In this document: in pieces, positions 48,201-61,730 of the stretch
How positions within the stretch are numbered: the stretch's first letter is position 1
Layout of the letters: each line of letters starts with the position of its first letter
NCBI RefSeq assembly: GCF_902459465.1
Contig: NC_047067.1
Span: forward strand, 6,758,001-6,822,000
Length of the DNA stretch: 64,000 bases
Source: Asterias rubens
Lineage: Eukaryota
Direction of reading: 5' to 3'
Program-made: the position numbers and the translations under genes
The notes under the pieces: generated by a model
What the model was told of the DNA's origin: nothing
Database searches by the model: none
The model's input: the letters and a program-made list of their open reading frames with translations, nothing else

Positions 48201-51200
48201 CCCATAGGGCATGGTCCTTGCTCTATGGTGTTTCATGTGTAACACAAGTTGCTTTTTAGTTTTAAACTTATCTTTAAAACCATTAGCGTGTGGTTATTGA
48301 TGCGTGTGTGTGAATAAACTGCTGTGTTCTTCCAAACAAACAAAGAATTGACCCTGTCATCTACAAATCATTCGGTTAAGAAAACTACAACTGTTACCAT
48401 AGACCAACCCATTTCCACACCCTAGATTGTGCGCCTTTCAATGGAAACGCATAAAATTTGAATACAAATAACACCACAAACAACGTTCAAGAACAGTGGC
48501 TCGAATATTGTTCTCTGAAAAAGAAAAATTCCCTACCATTATGACCACCACTGTGTCATCCCTTATGAAGTTTTGTTTGACAAAAACAAAGTTTTTCATT
48601 GAACCAGAAATGTTGCACGTTATAATAAGTGAAAATGTCAGACTCGGCTTTCCCTCTCCAATCCATTACCAGCGTACCGACCCCGTAAGTTATGCCGGTC
48701 TATTGACGGACAAGCCACCCATCCCTTTGGAGTGAGGTTGCAACCGTGAAAGCTCTTGGAGATTAAACGACTTTTATTGCCGCCATTGTCGACTGTTTTC
48801 AGGGTACATATATATCAAAAGTACACTTTATAAAATGGTGATCCTATAAAATTAATATGTATTTCTACAAAACTGAGCCTCAAGTAGGCCCTACTTTATA
48901 CATGTGTGTCGGCCTACTCATTTTCCTTGAAAACTACAGTAGGCCTACCAGAAGGTGGAGAAGAGGGTTCTCACAACTTTGATTATGTAACACCTCTCAC
49001 TCCAATGTCATATCACAGCTGACAGTTTTAAACTTCAAGAGAATTGTGCAATAAGTGATGGATAAACTGCAACTCTCTTGCAAGTCACTCTTTATAACTT
49101 CTTTATAAGCCATGGATTTCTACTTACTTTTCAATATGCTCCATTCAGGCGCTTTCCTCCACAACAGTTGAGTTACCAACCAACATGTCAGGAGACATCA
49201 ACACTCCCTTAAAATTTAGATATCAAACATGTCGACGTCCATGGCGGGTTTTCCGGGTGGTTTCCCAGCCCGATCTTCAGCTTTAGAAATGGCTGTCCCG
49301 TTCGTTTTGAATAATCCAAACGGTGTTTAAACTAATGGATTCCCGTGCCTAGAACCTCCTTTGAAACTTTCAGACGATATCCACATCTATTTAACCATGG
49401 ACTTAAGACTTAAATAAAAAACTTAATGACCCCCCATCCAATCACGCGTTCAGACGATGGGTGCAGCTGACAATCCTCAACCACTTGTTAACGATACACG
49501 TATAGAGGTATTTGTTCCTCTTGGGTTTTTTTTTCGGTCACTGAATCACAAAGACTGCCCAACTCTAGAGCCCAGACACTTTGGGTTGGTGGGATGAATG
49601 ACAAAGGTACCTGAATTCTTTACCTTTTGTCCTCGCTATAAAAGAGGGGATGAATGCACCGGATCGTGACCAGGTGGATTTGTGTTTGTTTGGGCACTCT
49701 GTATGTCTTACGTGGAAAAATGGACGTGCCAAAATTATTAGGAGGGGGTGGGGTGGTTATAGAGGAGGCTTTTGGTAGAAATGGGGTCAAAATAAATGAG
49801 GTATACTCTGACCAGATTTTGTGAAAGGTGCCATGCAGCAAATGATGCTTGGCAAAATTAGTTATGAAATACTACTTCCCCACATTTTATAACGGATAAC
49901 TTTCGAATCATGCCACCACTTTTTCACTCATTTTTACAAAAAAAGGATATCTCTATTTAAAAAAAAAGTTGTGGCGTGATGCGAAAACTTTTTCATTGCA
50001 ACAATACATATTGGTCATGCTCACCGGTTTTACGAAATTTGGGCAACGTCTGGCTTGAAGAATTATTTGTATGGGAACTAAACAATTAGAATACCTTTGA
50101 CTCGACGTTAAAACAAAAGTTATTATGTTCAACCAAAACCCATTGAAGCATTCAGGCGTCAGACTTTGTTGAACTCGTTTTGGGTTTTCCCCTTCTTTTT
50201 TCTTATAACCCCCCCCCCCCCCATTTCTGTTCTATCTACTTGTAGGCCCCTACTTTCTATAGGCCCATTCAGTCAAGCTGAACCATCTTTTCACGTCTTA
50301 AAATACCACATGCACGGATCCGGGAGGGGGAATGGCTCATAGACCCCAGTAAAGTTTAACACAAACAATAACAATGCACTAGAAATAAACAACATTGTGC
50401 AATAAACATAACGAATCAAGTATAGTCATGCAATATAATTTTTCACAACGACACGTCAGCACAAATTTATTTTTCAGTCCGACGAATTGATCCAAAACAA
50501 CTTTGTCAATAGGACGAATTTCGTTCAGCCTATCGGCCCGATCTAAAGGAAAAAAGTATTGCCTTCGAGAAAGACTCTGATAAACGTCAGGTCAATAAAA
50601 ATTTCTTTGCATTTATACAATTGATCGGTCCTTTTCGTCGGTAAGTTGTTTGCAACAGCTTTTTTTTTTTCTTCTAAAAACAAGATTTCAAATCATCTTT
50701 AAGAACAGCTCCATGTTATTCTGGTCAGTGAGCTAATCTCCAACTCAATGAAGCAATATCAGTGCTTTCAGGTCAATATATAGGCTTAAAGATCAACAGA
50801 AAAACAATATATAGGCTTTAAAGATCAACAGAAAAAATAACCTGCGTCGTCCAGGAGAGACTTTACACGACCCTGTCATCCGTGGATAATCGCAAGAGAA
50901 AGCAAATCCAAGAATTGAAAAACACTTTAGGGACGTCTCTTATTGAAAGGTGATTTAGCAGGATTTTTGTTGAAGGGACAAAGCATGCATGGAGGAAAAA
51001 TTACAAAGAGAGAGGAGAGTTGGTAGCTGTTATGGCATTGGGAAGTCTATAGATATAATTATGCATGTAAGTTCTTCGTATAAGGGAAAATCCGATTAAA
51101 ACGATGACAACTTTTAAAAACTTGTATTTCGGGCCCGGGATGACTACAAACCTTTGAGTTACAAAAGTACACTGTTTAACTTTAATAATTCAAAGGACTT

Positions 51201-51482
51201 TTGGCTGTTAATTATTATTCACGGGGAGGGAAAAACAAACAAGGTTAAACAGGGTATGGATTTGGGACAAGAATAATGACACTTACAAAAATATATTTGA
51301 TGAATTTCGCCGACCTTCGTACGGGAAACTTAATATTTAATATCTCTGACCAACTGCAATTTCTTTCATGTCCAAACATAGGTATGTTTACATTGCGGCT
51401 CAGACACGTTGAGAACATGATTGAGTTTGGTCAAAATGTAAATGAAACTGTACTCCTAAGACCACGTAACAGTCTTATGAGA

Positions 51483-51533
51483 GTTATCCAGGTAGTTTGT
51501 AGTTATCCAGGTAGTTTGTAGTTATCCAGGTAG
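51483..51533. repeat. 19-bp tandem repeat x2.6
   Basis: TTATCCAGGTAGTTTGTAG repeated. Confidence 0.85.
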
Positions 51534-52262
51534 CTTCAGAATTGAGACACACTAGAGAAACGTCACTTGTGTTCAAAACACTTTTGGAAAGTGACAAATG
51601 TGGTGAAAACAAAAACTAATACAGCAACACGTTTTCATAAAATATTGAAGTAAATGAAAAGAAATAAAACCCACAAGTTTTCTGTGAAGTCCAATTTTTA
51701 TCAACGGATAGACGATGTGTTTTATCACGTAAAAAGCAGGTCATTTCAGTGTCAATGTGGAAAATGATATGAAACACAAAACCACTTCTCTACCGTCATT
51801 TCAGCAGTTTTGCCCATGGTTGGAACCTTGAACCGAAATAGCCCAACATGTTAATGGAAATGGGGCTTTTTTGCAGACAAGGATTTTAAATTCATTAGAA
51901 TTATGATTCATTTAATTTTTCTAAAATGCATTAATCGAAAAATAGACGGAAAGGTAATCTTTTCAGTCATTTTTTTAAATTATTTTTTATTAAACATTAT
52001 TTCTGATGTCAAAATCTTTATATAAATCAGACCAGTTAAATTTTTTCCAGTACAAGCCTGTACATGTCCATTCACATGTTGATGTTTTTTCAGGTTTTCC
52101 AGGTTTCAGGTACAATATAAACTACAATTGTGTATACACCTTTTGGAAAAACTGCTAGCCCGACGCATGGAAAGTGGTACACCTACCCTGTATTGCGTTT
52201 CAGGTTAAAAGTTACATCGACATATTAAAGAGGGCGCACTTTACTTTTTTTATATTTTTGTA

Positions 52263-52412
52263 TAGACCTTATCGCAAATACCAATGCGCAAGCGCAGACT
52301 GTTGAATGAGGTGCATTGTGGGATATATATGGATCAAATTTGGATACCAGCAAGACCACAATGCACCTAATTCCAAGCTTTACGCGCGCCCCGGTATTTG
52401 CGATAAGGTCTA
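52263..52412. mobile_element. 150-bp MITE (TAGACC...GGTCTA termini)
   Basis: TIR TAGACCTTATCGCAAATACC; reverse complement of 36539-36690; no TSD resolved. Confidence 0.75.
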
Positions 52413-53087
52413 TGAACAAACACATCGCCAGCAGAGGGCGCATGATTGCTTTCATTTTATGCTTCTGAACTTTAAACTTATGAAATTAAAGATGAACACT
52501 TCTATCTTAAAATAATTATTTGTTTAATGTCTTAGTATCTACATGTTCACAACCTAAGTTGTGTTGGTGGTCACTGGCAAGTTTGATCATAGAGGGGGCA
52601 CCACAATAAATAAACTCAAATAGCAACTATTTAATGCTAATGTGATTATTAAACAATCCATTCAAAACATTATTTTAAAGTCATCATTATTTTGAAAACA
52701 AATCATAGAAAATTAAATTCCTTCAAATTTCTTATCAATTTTTGCCTTTTAAAATTGATTTCGCTAAGTTAACCCATGAACGAAACCCACATAGAATGTG
52801 CCCTTTCCACTACTCCAATTCCAAAGCCAATTAATAGTACAAACTCTGAAGCCTAAATTTATTATCAATTCTTCTCAACATTCGAAGCACAGTGCCCCGT
52901 GTTTATGAACAAATAGTTACGTCAATCTGTTCATTGCATCAAACCGTGTTGTTCCAACGATTTTGAGGAACTATAAATTGTGATAATCAGTTTGGCGCAC
53001 ATGAATTGAAAAACACTCGGCGTGACATTGGGATTCATTGAGACATGGTGGTCATTCTAATTGTAAACACACGCAGTTTTTTTGTCA

Positions 53088-54356
53088 TTAGCTATCGGAG
53101 TTCAAATACAGCTTCTTGCAGTTTTCCACATGGTTGAGAACTTCAACAAGTCTCATTTTTAAAATACCTACATTCTTTCTTGATAGTTTGGGTAGTTTTT
53201 TATTTCCTCCCTGTGAGTTGTCAGCAAAATCCATCATTTTGTCCCAAATGTCACCGTCTCTGTGCAGTCTTTGCAGCCGTTCTATCGTCTGCAATCGGAA
53301 TATGCAAATATACTGCAATATGGCCGTGTGGTAATGACCATATCTATCTAGCAGACGATAACTGTGTATGAAACTTAACTCGTTGTCAATGAAAAAGAGT
53401 TGGCCCGTCAATGTGGATTTCTCGAGATTATGCACCGGGGACTCCATAATCTGACTGTTCCACTGTTTGTTCACCAGCATGCTCACCATTCTGTCCATGT
53501 TGCCGGTGAGGTAATCAAAGATGATCAACTCTGACCATTGGACGAGCTCTGCTACATCCGCAGCGTCCATGCCGATGACTCTTCGTGGATGCAGGCGTTT
53601 TGATTGTTTCAGAAAAACTTGTGGCAAGAGAGCTGGCGCCAATTTCGGAATCCATTGACTAAAAACAACCTGATGACCACTAGCTGACCAATCAGCGATG
53701 GTCATATTAGTCCTCACGGCATCCCATTTGCTGTCCGTAGCGTTTATAACGCCGAGCGTGGTTGGTGGAAGGTTGTGTACGTGCAGAACCTGAGATAGAT
53801 AGTACGCATACATCTCACCAAGTATGAGATCGAGGCTGTTGCGGTAGCGACAGCACACGCGGCAGCCATTTTGTAAAGTCAAGAGTCGGTTCTGTGAATG
53901 ACCACAGCCTGGTACCATGTTAACTACCAAGTTGTCTTTAATCATCTCAGCAAACTCATTACTATTTTCCCCTTGGATTATCGACACAGTTGCCTCGGCC
54001 TTTTCACTCCAGAAACCCCCTCTTGTCCACGGAGCGCCCTCTGTTGGTGTGTCGATACCATCTTGCATGTTCCTGCTGTGTAATCTATCCATCACAAATG
54101 CATCTGGCGACTTATTTGTCTCAAGGTGGTTTAGGTCCCGTGGATTTGATCCTCTCACTCTCTTCCTTAGGTTATCCAAACTGTCTTCCTTGGGAATTTG
54201 CTGGTTATGCTCAGATGAGTTACCACTCGAGTAATGTTTTACCTGAGATGTTGTCCAATGTGCAGATGATGATTGAGACAAGTTTGTCGCCAAAAAGTGC
54301 ATAACCAGCAGCCCAAAGAAAATTGTCAGACAGCGCGCAGATTTGATCGACGCCAT
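53088..54356 (-). CDS. FJX1: Four-jointed box kinase (fj/FJX1), intronless; alternative in-frame ATG at 54401
   Basis: N-terminal type II TM (LTIFFGLLVMHFL); PGCGHSQNRL..CCRY..GEMYAYYLSQVL; WSELIIFDYLTGNMDR; LFFIDNE (DNE catalytic motif); YICIFR. Confidence 0.95.
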   Translation of the reverse strand: MASIKSARCLTIFFGLLVMHFLATNLSQSSSAHWTTSQVKHYSSGNSSEHNQQIPKEDSLDNLRKRVRGSNPRDLNHLETNKSPDAFVMDRLHSRNMQDGIDTPTEGAPWTRGGFWSEKAEATVSIIQGENSNEFAEMIKDNLVVNMVPGCGHSQNRLLTLQNGCRVCCRYRNSLDLILGEMYAYYLSQVLHVHNLPPTTLGVINATDSKWDAVRTNMTIADWSASGHQVVFSQWIPKLAPALLPQVFLKQSKRLHPRRVIGMDAADVAELVQWSELIIFDYLTGNMDRMVSMLVNKQWNSQIMESPVHNLEKSTLTGQLFFIDNELSFIHSYRLLDRYGHYHTAILQYICIFRLQTIERLQRLHRDGDIWDKMMDFADNSQGGNKKLPKLSRKNVGILKMRLVEVLNHVENCKKLYLNSDS

Positions 54357-54704
54357 CACTGTACGTAGAATGCGTCGTGGCTGATGGGATAAATGAAGCA
54401 TAACATAATCATTAAATTTTCCGGTAAAATGACACGCAAGCTGTAACGATAAAGCAGACAGTGAGTTGATGCATGCTTGAAATTTCAACCAGCATCCTTG
54501 AAAAAATTAAAAAGCTTATGCCGACGAACTTACAGAGCGTCTGTTGTTTTAAAGTGTTCCTGGATTGTTCAAGACACAGCAAAGAGATGGGAAAAGGTTA
54601 AACTGGGTTTTGGAAAAGTGTTTGATCTTTGTTCAACTCTATAGTGTACATGTACATGTAGTGACTTTCGATTTATCCAATTCGCGGATGCAGCCGATAG
54701 TTAG

Positions 54705-55064
54705 AGGCATTGGGCACCTTTGGTAATTGTCATTGACCAATGACCAGTATTCTCACCTGATTTATCCCAAGATATGCATAAAATGACATACCTGTAAAAA
54801 ATTTGGACTCATCTGGTCATCGAAGCTGCAAGAGTGAGTGACAGAAAAAACACACCTGTTGCACATTAGTGTGTGCTCCCAGATGCCTAATAAAAGTCTT
54901 CAGGTCTTTTAATATTTTGTTTGAGTGAGAAATTACCTTTTTCTCAAAACTACGTTACTTCAGAGGAGTTTCTCACAACAATTTTTATCAACAGGTTTCC
55001 ATTGCTCGTTAAGTAAGTTATATGCTAAAAATTATGTCGAGTAATAACTAAAAGTGCCCGCTGT
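54705..55064. mobile_element. Older MITE family A-like copy
   Basis: AGGCATTGGGCACCTTTGGTAATTGTC start, ordered family motifs, diverged; ends at the TTAA 55065-55068. Confidence 0.65.
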
Positions 55065-55068
55065 TTAA

Positions 55069-55449
55069 AGGCAGTGGACACTATTGGCAATTACTCAAAA
55101 TAATTACTAGCATGAAACCTTACTTGGTAATGAGTAATGGAGAGCTGTTGATAGTATAAAACATTGTGAGAAACGGCTCCCTCTGAAGTGGAGTAGTTTT
55201 CGAGAAAGAAGTAATTTTCCACGAATTTGATTTCGAGACCTCAGATTTCGAATTTGAGGTCTCGAAATCAAGCATCTGAAAGCACACAACTTCGTGTGAC
55301 AAGGGTGTTTTTTCTTTCATTATTATCTCGCAACCTTGATGACCGATTGAGCTCAAATTTTCACAGGTTTGTTATTTTATGCATATTATGTTGAGATACA
55401 GCAAGTGAGAAGACCGGTCTTTGACAATTACCAATAATGTCCAGTGTCT
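55069..55449. mobile_element. MITE family A copy
   Basis: ttaa|AGGCAGTGGACACTATTGG ... GTCCAGTGTCT|ttaa. Confidence 0.88.
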
Positions 55450-57599
55450 TTAAACAGCATACTATAGTTTATGTATGGAGAAATATTTACGTATAAGCTT
55501 ACCCTTCTGTTTCTTATTGATAGAAGATTGGTCATTAATCTTTCACTCGGTTCCAGAGTTTAAAATGTTCCAATGAAGTTTCCTATTACAAGCAGGGTTG
55601 GAGTTACTGATGCCGAACTCATACACAAAAACATCTCCACTCAGCTATAACTTTTAGAGACATTGAGCAGAAGACTTGACGCAAATCGTAGAGGCGTAGA
55701 AGTGATACAGATACTAAACTTCCAGATATCTTATAAAGTCTAAGACACGCAACGGTGACATCCTCTTTTTGTTTATCACGTTATGTTATGATGGCATGAA
55801 TAAACTAATCGCTGGATGAACGTTTATGTTGCATGATGATCACAATACAAACAAACCTATGATGAGAAGTTGCTTATGGATGGGATTAAACCCCACTGTC
55901 CTGCTCATCGTTTTGATTCAGCCATGGGGGACTTCCTCCGGGATTCAGCTGATGTATACTGACGGTAGACTTCAGTTCCAAACGTTCACTGTAAAGCAAG
56001 GATCCTGTTCTATGGTTTCCCCGATTAAAATGCGTTATCACACGTTTGGGATAAAATCTCACACCCACCGAGGATAATGTTGTATAACAAACTATCCATG
56101 AACCATCAACTATCTTCTGCAGTGCCTGTGTGCCACTTTATGGCTTTCGGTTCAGTTCCAAATTCTCAGCTTCACAATGATTGACATTTTGGCGTTTGTA
56201 TCATCCCTACTACTTCCTCAACTTATCCAAGGAGGTCTTAAAATGTGATGGCGCCTGTATCCCTTGATGTGGCGTTAGTGTCCATTAGATCCTTCGCTGA
56301 TTAAAACCACCCCGAAGGCTAAACTCCATACATATCCCGACGTAAGCACATTGTAAATGTTCCCAATCTAAACTCAATAATCCAACCTCTGATGATGAGA
56401 AGGTCGAGATGTCATACTCCTCCAACATGGGGCATCAATGAACCCCCACCTTGTAATCTGGGGCTTATACGATGGGTCCAATCCGCTTTGGCATGTCTGC
56501 CATCGATTTTTCTTTCTACTTTACCATGGTGTCATCCTCCGCAATTCCCACTCCGTGAAATCAAGAACACAAGGGGGTGAATACTTGACGTTATTATTAT
56601 CTCCGTCAAACCGTAGTGGTGCTCTCAACTCTCTCGCAATTACAATAGTGACAAACCTCCGTGCATGGAACAGTCGTCTGGTGAGCAATAAACTGTGTGG
56701 GAAGAAACGAAAAATATAGTATAGGCCTGTATAAGAGTAATGACAGTTTAGAGTTTCGTATGTATATCATCATACAAGCAATTAGGGACCCCACAAATAT
56801 TGTGGACAAAATGCATGTTTAGTTTGTTTTCTGGTCATTTTATGAAAAATCTTGAGCGGTTATGTCCACACACAGTAATTGGAATACACAATCTGAGCAT
56901 AGTGCATCTGAGAAACGTTTCATGTATATTATAAAACCACATCAAAATTAACTATCAACAGCTGCAGTGCGGTTTGCCCATAGTACATTTTTACGGTTTT
57001 CAAGTTTTGGAGTAATTACCAAAATGTACCATCCCTTTAAACCTGTTCTTATCCCTTTCCTTCTCTTCTACCATGGAGGAACAGTCATGCATGTACCATA
57101 CTTGTATTGACATTGTCACTAACCAATTCCTCACTGCCGTAATCGTCAATCATGGAGAAAAACCATCGATTACAGAATGCAAAACGTTGGTTTACTTACC
57201 CAATTCTTAGTGTCTACAAAATTATAGTATACTTATGGCCTATACTTTTTGTGTGAATCACAGAAGTTCAACCATTTTTTTTTTTGACAGTCAATTGTAT
57301 TGACGTCACAGAAATAGTTATCGCTATTGGTTACGTTGGATACCCCAGAGGCGAAACAAGCTACACAGATAAAACACTGAAAGGACACCATTCACTTAAT
57401 GTCAGGCCTTTATGCGGGTATCTCCGCAATCGACCGGAAAATAACCTTTCTTACAAAATCTTCAATAAGTTTGTAAAAACTCGGAGGTAGGACAACGTCC
57501 ATGCCGGAGCTAACACAACATTAGACTTTTGAAAATCTAGGGATGTGCTTGATACATTTTATTAAAGGCAAAGTGTACTCTTGTTTTTGAGAACCGTTT

Positions 57600-57742
57600 A
57601 ATGGGAGACTTTCCAACGCTAGGTGGCAGCAGACATACCGGGTAAATTTCCATTGTTTACGTAGAACATGCGCATAATTCTGAGAACAATGGATTTACCC
57701 GGTAAGTCTGCTGCCCTCTATCGTCCCAGAAAGTCTCCCATT
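57600..57742. mobile_element. About 150-bp hairpin MITE, copy of 11090-11236
   Basis: AATGGGAGACTT ... AAGTCTCCCATT. Confidence 0.75.
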
Positions 57743-59699
57743 GTTTTAACCCTATAGTACACGATAAAACTAACATGCGAACATTTTTGAGATTGCATTT
57801 ATGAGATTGACGAAAATCTGGAGCAAATGAATACGCAGGAAGAATTGGAACACACCATCAAAGACGTTACTGCCAGTAAAAAAGCTGCCCATATTACAAA
57901 ATTTGGGGCATAAAAACTTGTATCTTGTTCGAAGTTAAATGTGTTTTTTTTTAAACTGCTTTTATACTATTGAAAACTGATGTATAGGCTTCCGACCAAA
58001 AGTTTTCATGGCAATTATTTACCAAACATAATATACCTTCTCTTATAACAATTTGTTTAACAAAGACAAACACTCTTTTAAAACTAAAATCTTCAACAAC
58101 TTCCATACATGATAAAGATAACAGAAAATAATGCACGCAAGAATGAGTGACGTTTGGTCACACACAGGGAAATGCCTTTCATTTCATTCAATCATGTTAA
58201 TTCACACAGAATAATTGCACAATCTACCGGATGTACTTGTCATCTAATTAGGTACCATCTCTGCTAATTGACAACAAATATAAACATCTTCATTCCGGTA
58301 ATTAGTAATGCCTCGTTTATTTGTGGTAGTAAACACAAGGTTGGGTTGTGGTTGGACAATGTAGTGAATCAACAGACACTGAAATACACTGTTTTGACGG
58401 TGACTGATTTTTTCGAACGATTTGTGTTTAAAAAACACGACGATAGCCAAGTGTCCCTTGCTCCAAAATTTGTCAATGTTTTAAGAAGAGTTCGCTAGGG
58501 AAATTTTATTTCCTCTTTTTCTTCTGGTTTTATTTTGTTCGTTGATATTAAACCTTTGCTGTAAAATACTTGGACATGGACCGAACTGCATCGCTAGACA
58601 TCCGAAACAGTAAAAATTTTTGCTTTCAAAGAATCAAAAATGGAAAGTCCAAACAGTTTTGTAATTTCGCACAAAGTTCAATTTGCAAATTAATTTGACG
58701 ATCTTGCTAAAAAAATAAAGCAGGGGATCCCAGCTAAATAGCCTAAATGTGAACAGGGACTGTGTAATTAAGTTGGATGGTTGATGAGTTATAAGTCACA
58801 ATTATGTGAGCCTGAAACGGTGTTGTTTATTTGCACCACACAAATATCCGTCGTGGGGAATTTCTGCAGCAAAACTTCTCAATTAGACAACATGTTAACC
58901 ATTCATTACTCACCTGAAAGCTATTTTTAATAAGATTGAATGTCTTGAATTGAATGTGTCCTTTTCTGCAGGGCTGTCAGCAGAAAGTCAGTATTATTCC
59001 GTATATCTTCATGGAGTGAATCCAGTTCGCTCGTGCGCTTCTTCGAAGATATTTCCCAAGCTCATCAACTAAATGAATAATTGTTCACGGCGTAAATTGT
59101 CACATTTGCTGTCCACAATAGTATGTAAGCCTATCCTGTCTAGTGCCAATAACAGAAAAGTATAAAGCCTTTTTGAAAGGATCTCCTTTGCCGAAAATAA
59201 TGATGAATCAAAGAAGAGCAACGATTATTGAGTCAGGTCATGTTTGCTCTTATCTGTTATAGTGTTATTTGTACAGTGGTGATCATTAGTTTTATAAGCA
59301 CATTGATTAGTATTGTTATTGTCTGTAGCGCCATCTCGGGGATGGCAATAGGCAATGGCCAATCATATAGAAAGTTGTGTTACTTGAAAGGATAATTAGC
59401 AAATCTTTGGTAACCTTAACCACGGTTCATACTTCCTGCGACGAATGCAACGCGAAGACGCACGTGGCAGTTTTCGCAGCGAATGTTTCAGAAGTTGAAC
59501 GCAGTTCAACCGTTCCGAAATTATTTGTTGCAAAAATTGCGACGTCAAAATAGTATCGCATTCACATTTCGCAGGAATATGAATCGGGCTGAACAATCTA
59601 AACTCACCGAAGAAAGTATTATAGCCCTAATAACTAATATTTTGAAGATAAATTAACATTATTGTTTAACATTATTGTGTAACATCTCGGCTCGATTAT

Positions 59700-60000
59700 G
59701 AAATTCACCCTTCTTCAAGCTGTCATCAAAATGCTCCATGTGCTCCAAAAGCCCTACCGCGAAACACTGATCCAGGCTCGCAATAAGACAGTGTCTCTCA
59801 AATCCTTCGCGACCTTCACTGGCTGACAATTTCGAACCGAATTAACTTCAAAATCTGACTCTGGTTTTCAAATGTCTTATCGACTCTGCAGTCTGCTCCT
59901 TAGTAATTAACAGGACTCAATCAACTGCTACATGAGCTGGATCACACGTCTGCCAACCAGAAGCGCACCGATCATCAGCTAATGGGCACACTGCTCATAA
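59700..60000 (+). mobile_element. Degenerate L2-clade LINE 3' ORF fragment
   Basis: LRDLHWLTISNRINFKI / LTLVFKCL (frameshifted) from 59805, matching the L2 LHWLP..RI.FK..L.FK.L motif. Confidence 0.6.
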
Positions 60001-60200
60001 TTATTTTGATCAGTGTTCAATTATAATAAAGAGAAACCTATAATAGTCATTCTGCGGGTCCTACAAAACGTGAGTTCTCTTTGGAAGAAATCGAGTTTAC
60101 CCATCTCGAAAAAAATAAGTTTGGTTTCGGAGATCACTATCAATTTTTTTGAAAATTCTATAGTAGGCCTATCTTTGAAATTGAAGAATTTCCAATTTAA

Positions 60201-60572
60201 AGGCAGTGGACACTATTGGTAACTACTCAAAATAGTTATTAGCGTAAAACCTTTATTTGGTAACTAGTAATGGGGAGAAGTTGATACTATAAAACATTGT
60301 GAGAAACGGCTCCCTCTGAAAAAAAACGTAGTTTTCGATAAAGAAGTAGTTTGATTTCGAGCCCTCAGATTTAGAATTTGAGGTCTCGAAATCAAGCATC
60401 GGGAAAGCACAGAACTTCGTCTGACAAGGTGTCGTGTTTTCTTTCATCTCGCAACTTCGACGACCGATTGGGCTCAATTTCACAGGTTTGTTATTTTGTG
60501 CATACATATGTTGAGATACAGCAAGTGAGAAGACTGGTCTTAGTAGACAATTACTAATAGTGGCCAGTGTCT
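60201..60572. mobile_element. MITE family A copy
   Basis: TTAA flanks, family TIRs and central hairpin. Confidence 0.85.
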
Positions 60573-61730
60573 TTAAGAATAAAATAATTGAGTCGGAATT
60601 TTTCGCGTAAACTCGTTAAAATGCCACTCTTCACTTGCAAGAATGCACACCAATAATCCATGAGAATCCATGGACAAAACACCATACTTGTTCTTAAAAT
60701 GGAAACCCTGACGCCTGGCGGTGGCTAGCGGATCTTTAATCTGACTCAAGATACAATAGACGTCCCCGCCAAACATGTTCACATTGTCCGTCAAACAAAC
60801 AACTACAAGGCTCAGACATGTCGTTCATTCTAACTCGGAGTGCGTTCAATAAAACGGGGATAGCATCTGCCCATAGGCGTGATTGGCTGATCACCAAAAA
60901 GCAGACGTCTGTTTGAAGTACGGTTACAGTTATATTTACATTATTTTATTGTTTCTTAGAAGTTCATTTAGGTTCCTTGTTCTATATTGGAGCACAAAAA
61001 ACACATAATATTTTTAACGTGAGTTTGCAAATCATTCAAAAACATTCACCATTGAGTTTTCAGTTTAACTTATCGTCATTGAAATCTGAACTTGGCATCT
61101 CATTGATTCTTTTTGTTTCAATCTTTTCCTGAAAGTAATCAGCCAGCGGTATTGATAACACAGTGGAGGAATCGCTGAGATACTCAGTATAAAGCAGAGA
61201 GAGGAAACCTCGGAAAGAGAAGTGAGTTTTATACACGATCACGATCTTTGACAACAGAGGGCGCCAATAATAATGCTGTTACGGATGTCTGTGTGGATGG
61301 GCGCCCCACCGAAACAAACTCCCATCACAATCATGCGCTCAATGTTGCAACCAACACGAAAAAATGCTAAATTTTAATATGCAATAATCAACAAATAATT
61401 TAGTTACTCAAACCAATCATTCAAATATATTATTTTCAGACAACTCAACTTCAGATTTCTAAAAAGATTGTTGCTAATTACCCCCCGTCCCTCAAAAACG
61501 ATCCTGAATTTTGTTCCCCAAACCTATCTCTTGCTGCCAGTTTTCATGAGCACTCCTCAAATTCCAGAGTCACATAGGACTAATTTTAACGTCTTAAATC
61601 AAATCTCTTCAAAAGTTTAAACACAGAACCCCCAAGTTGTGATAAAGCGTGGGGGCTCTTTGCTTCATTAAGTTGGATTGAAGTGTGGAGAAGTGCCTCA
61701 TGAAAACTGATGACAGCAAGGTCTGTTTAA

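Noticed and set aside
55826-56740. Decayed LINE (YTDG, NTRG and AWNS-like fragments)
   Set aside because: Motifs are short, in different frames and point to different clades; needs a translated search.
58971-59124. Plus-strand exon with good splice signals
   Set aside because: Stops in all three frames; could be non-coding but unsupported without transcripts.
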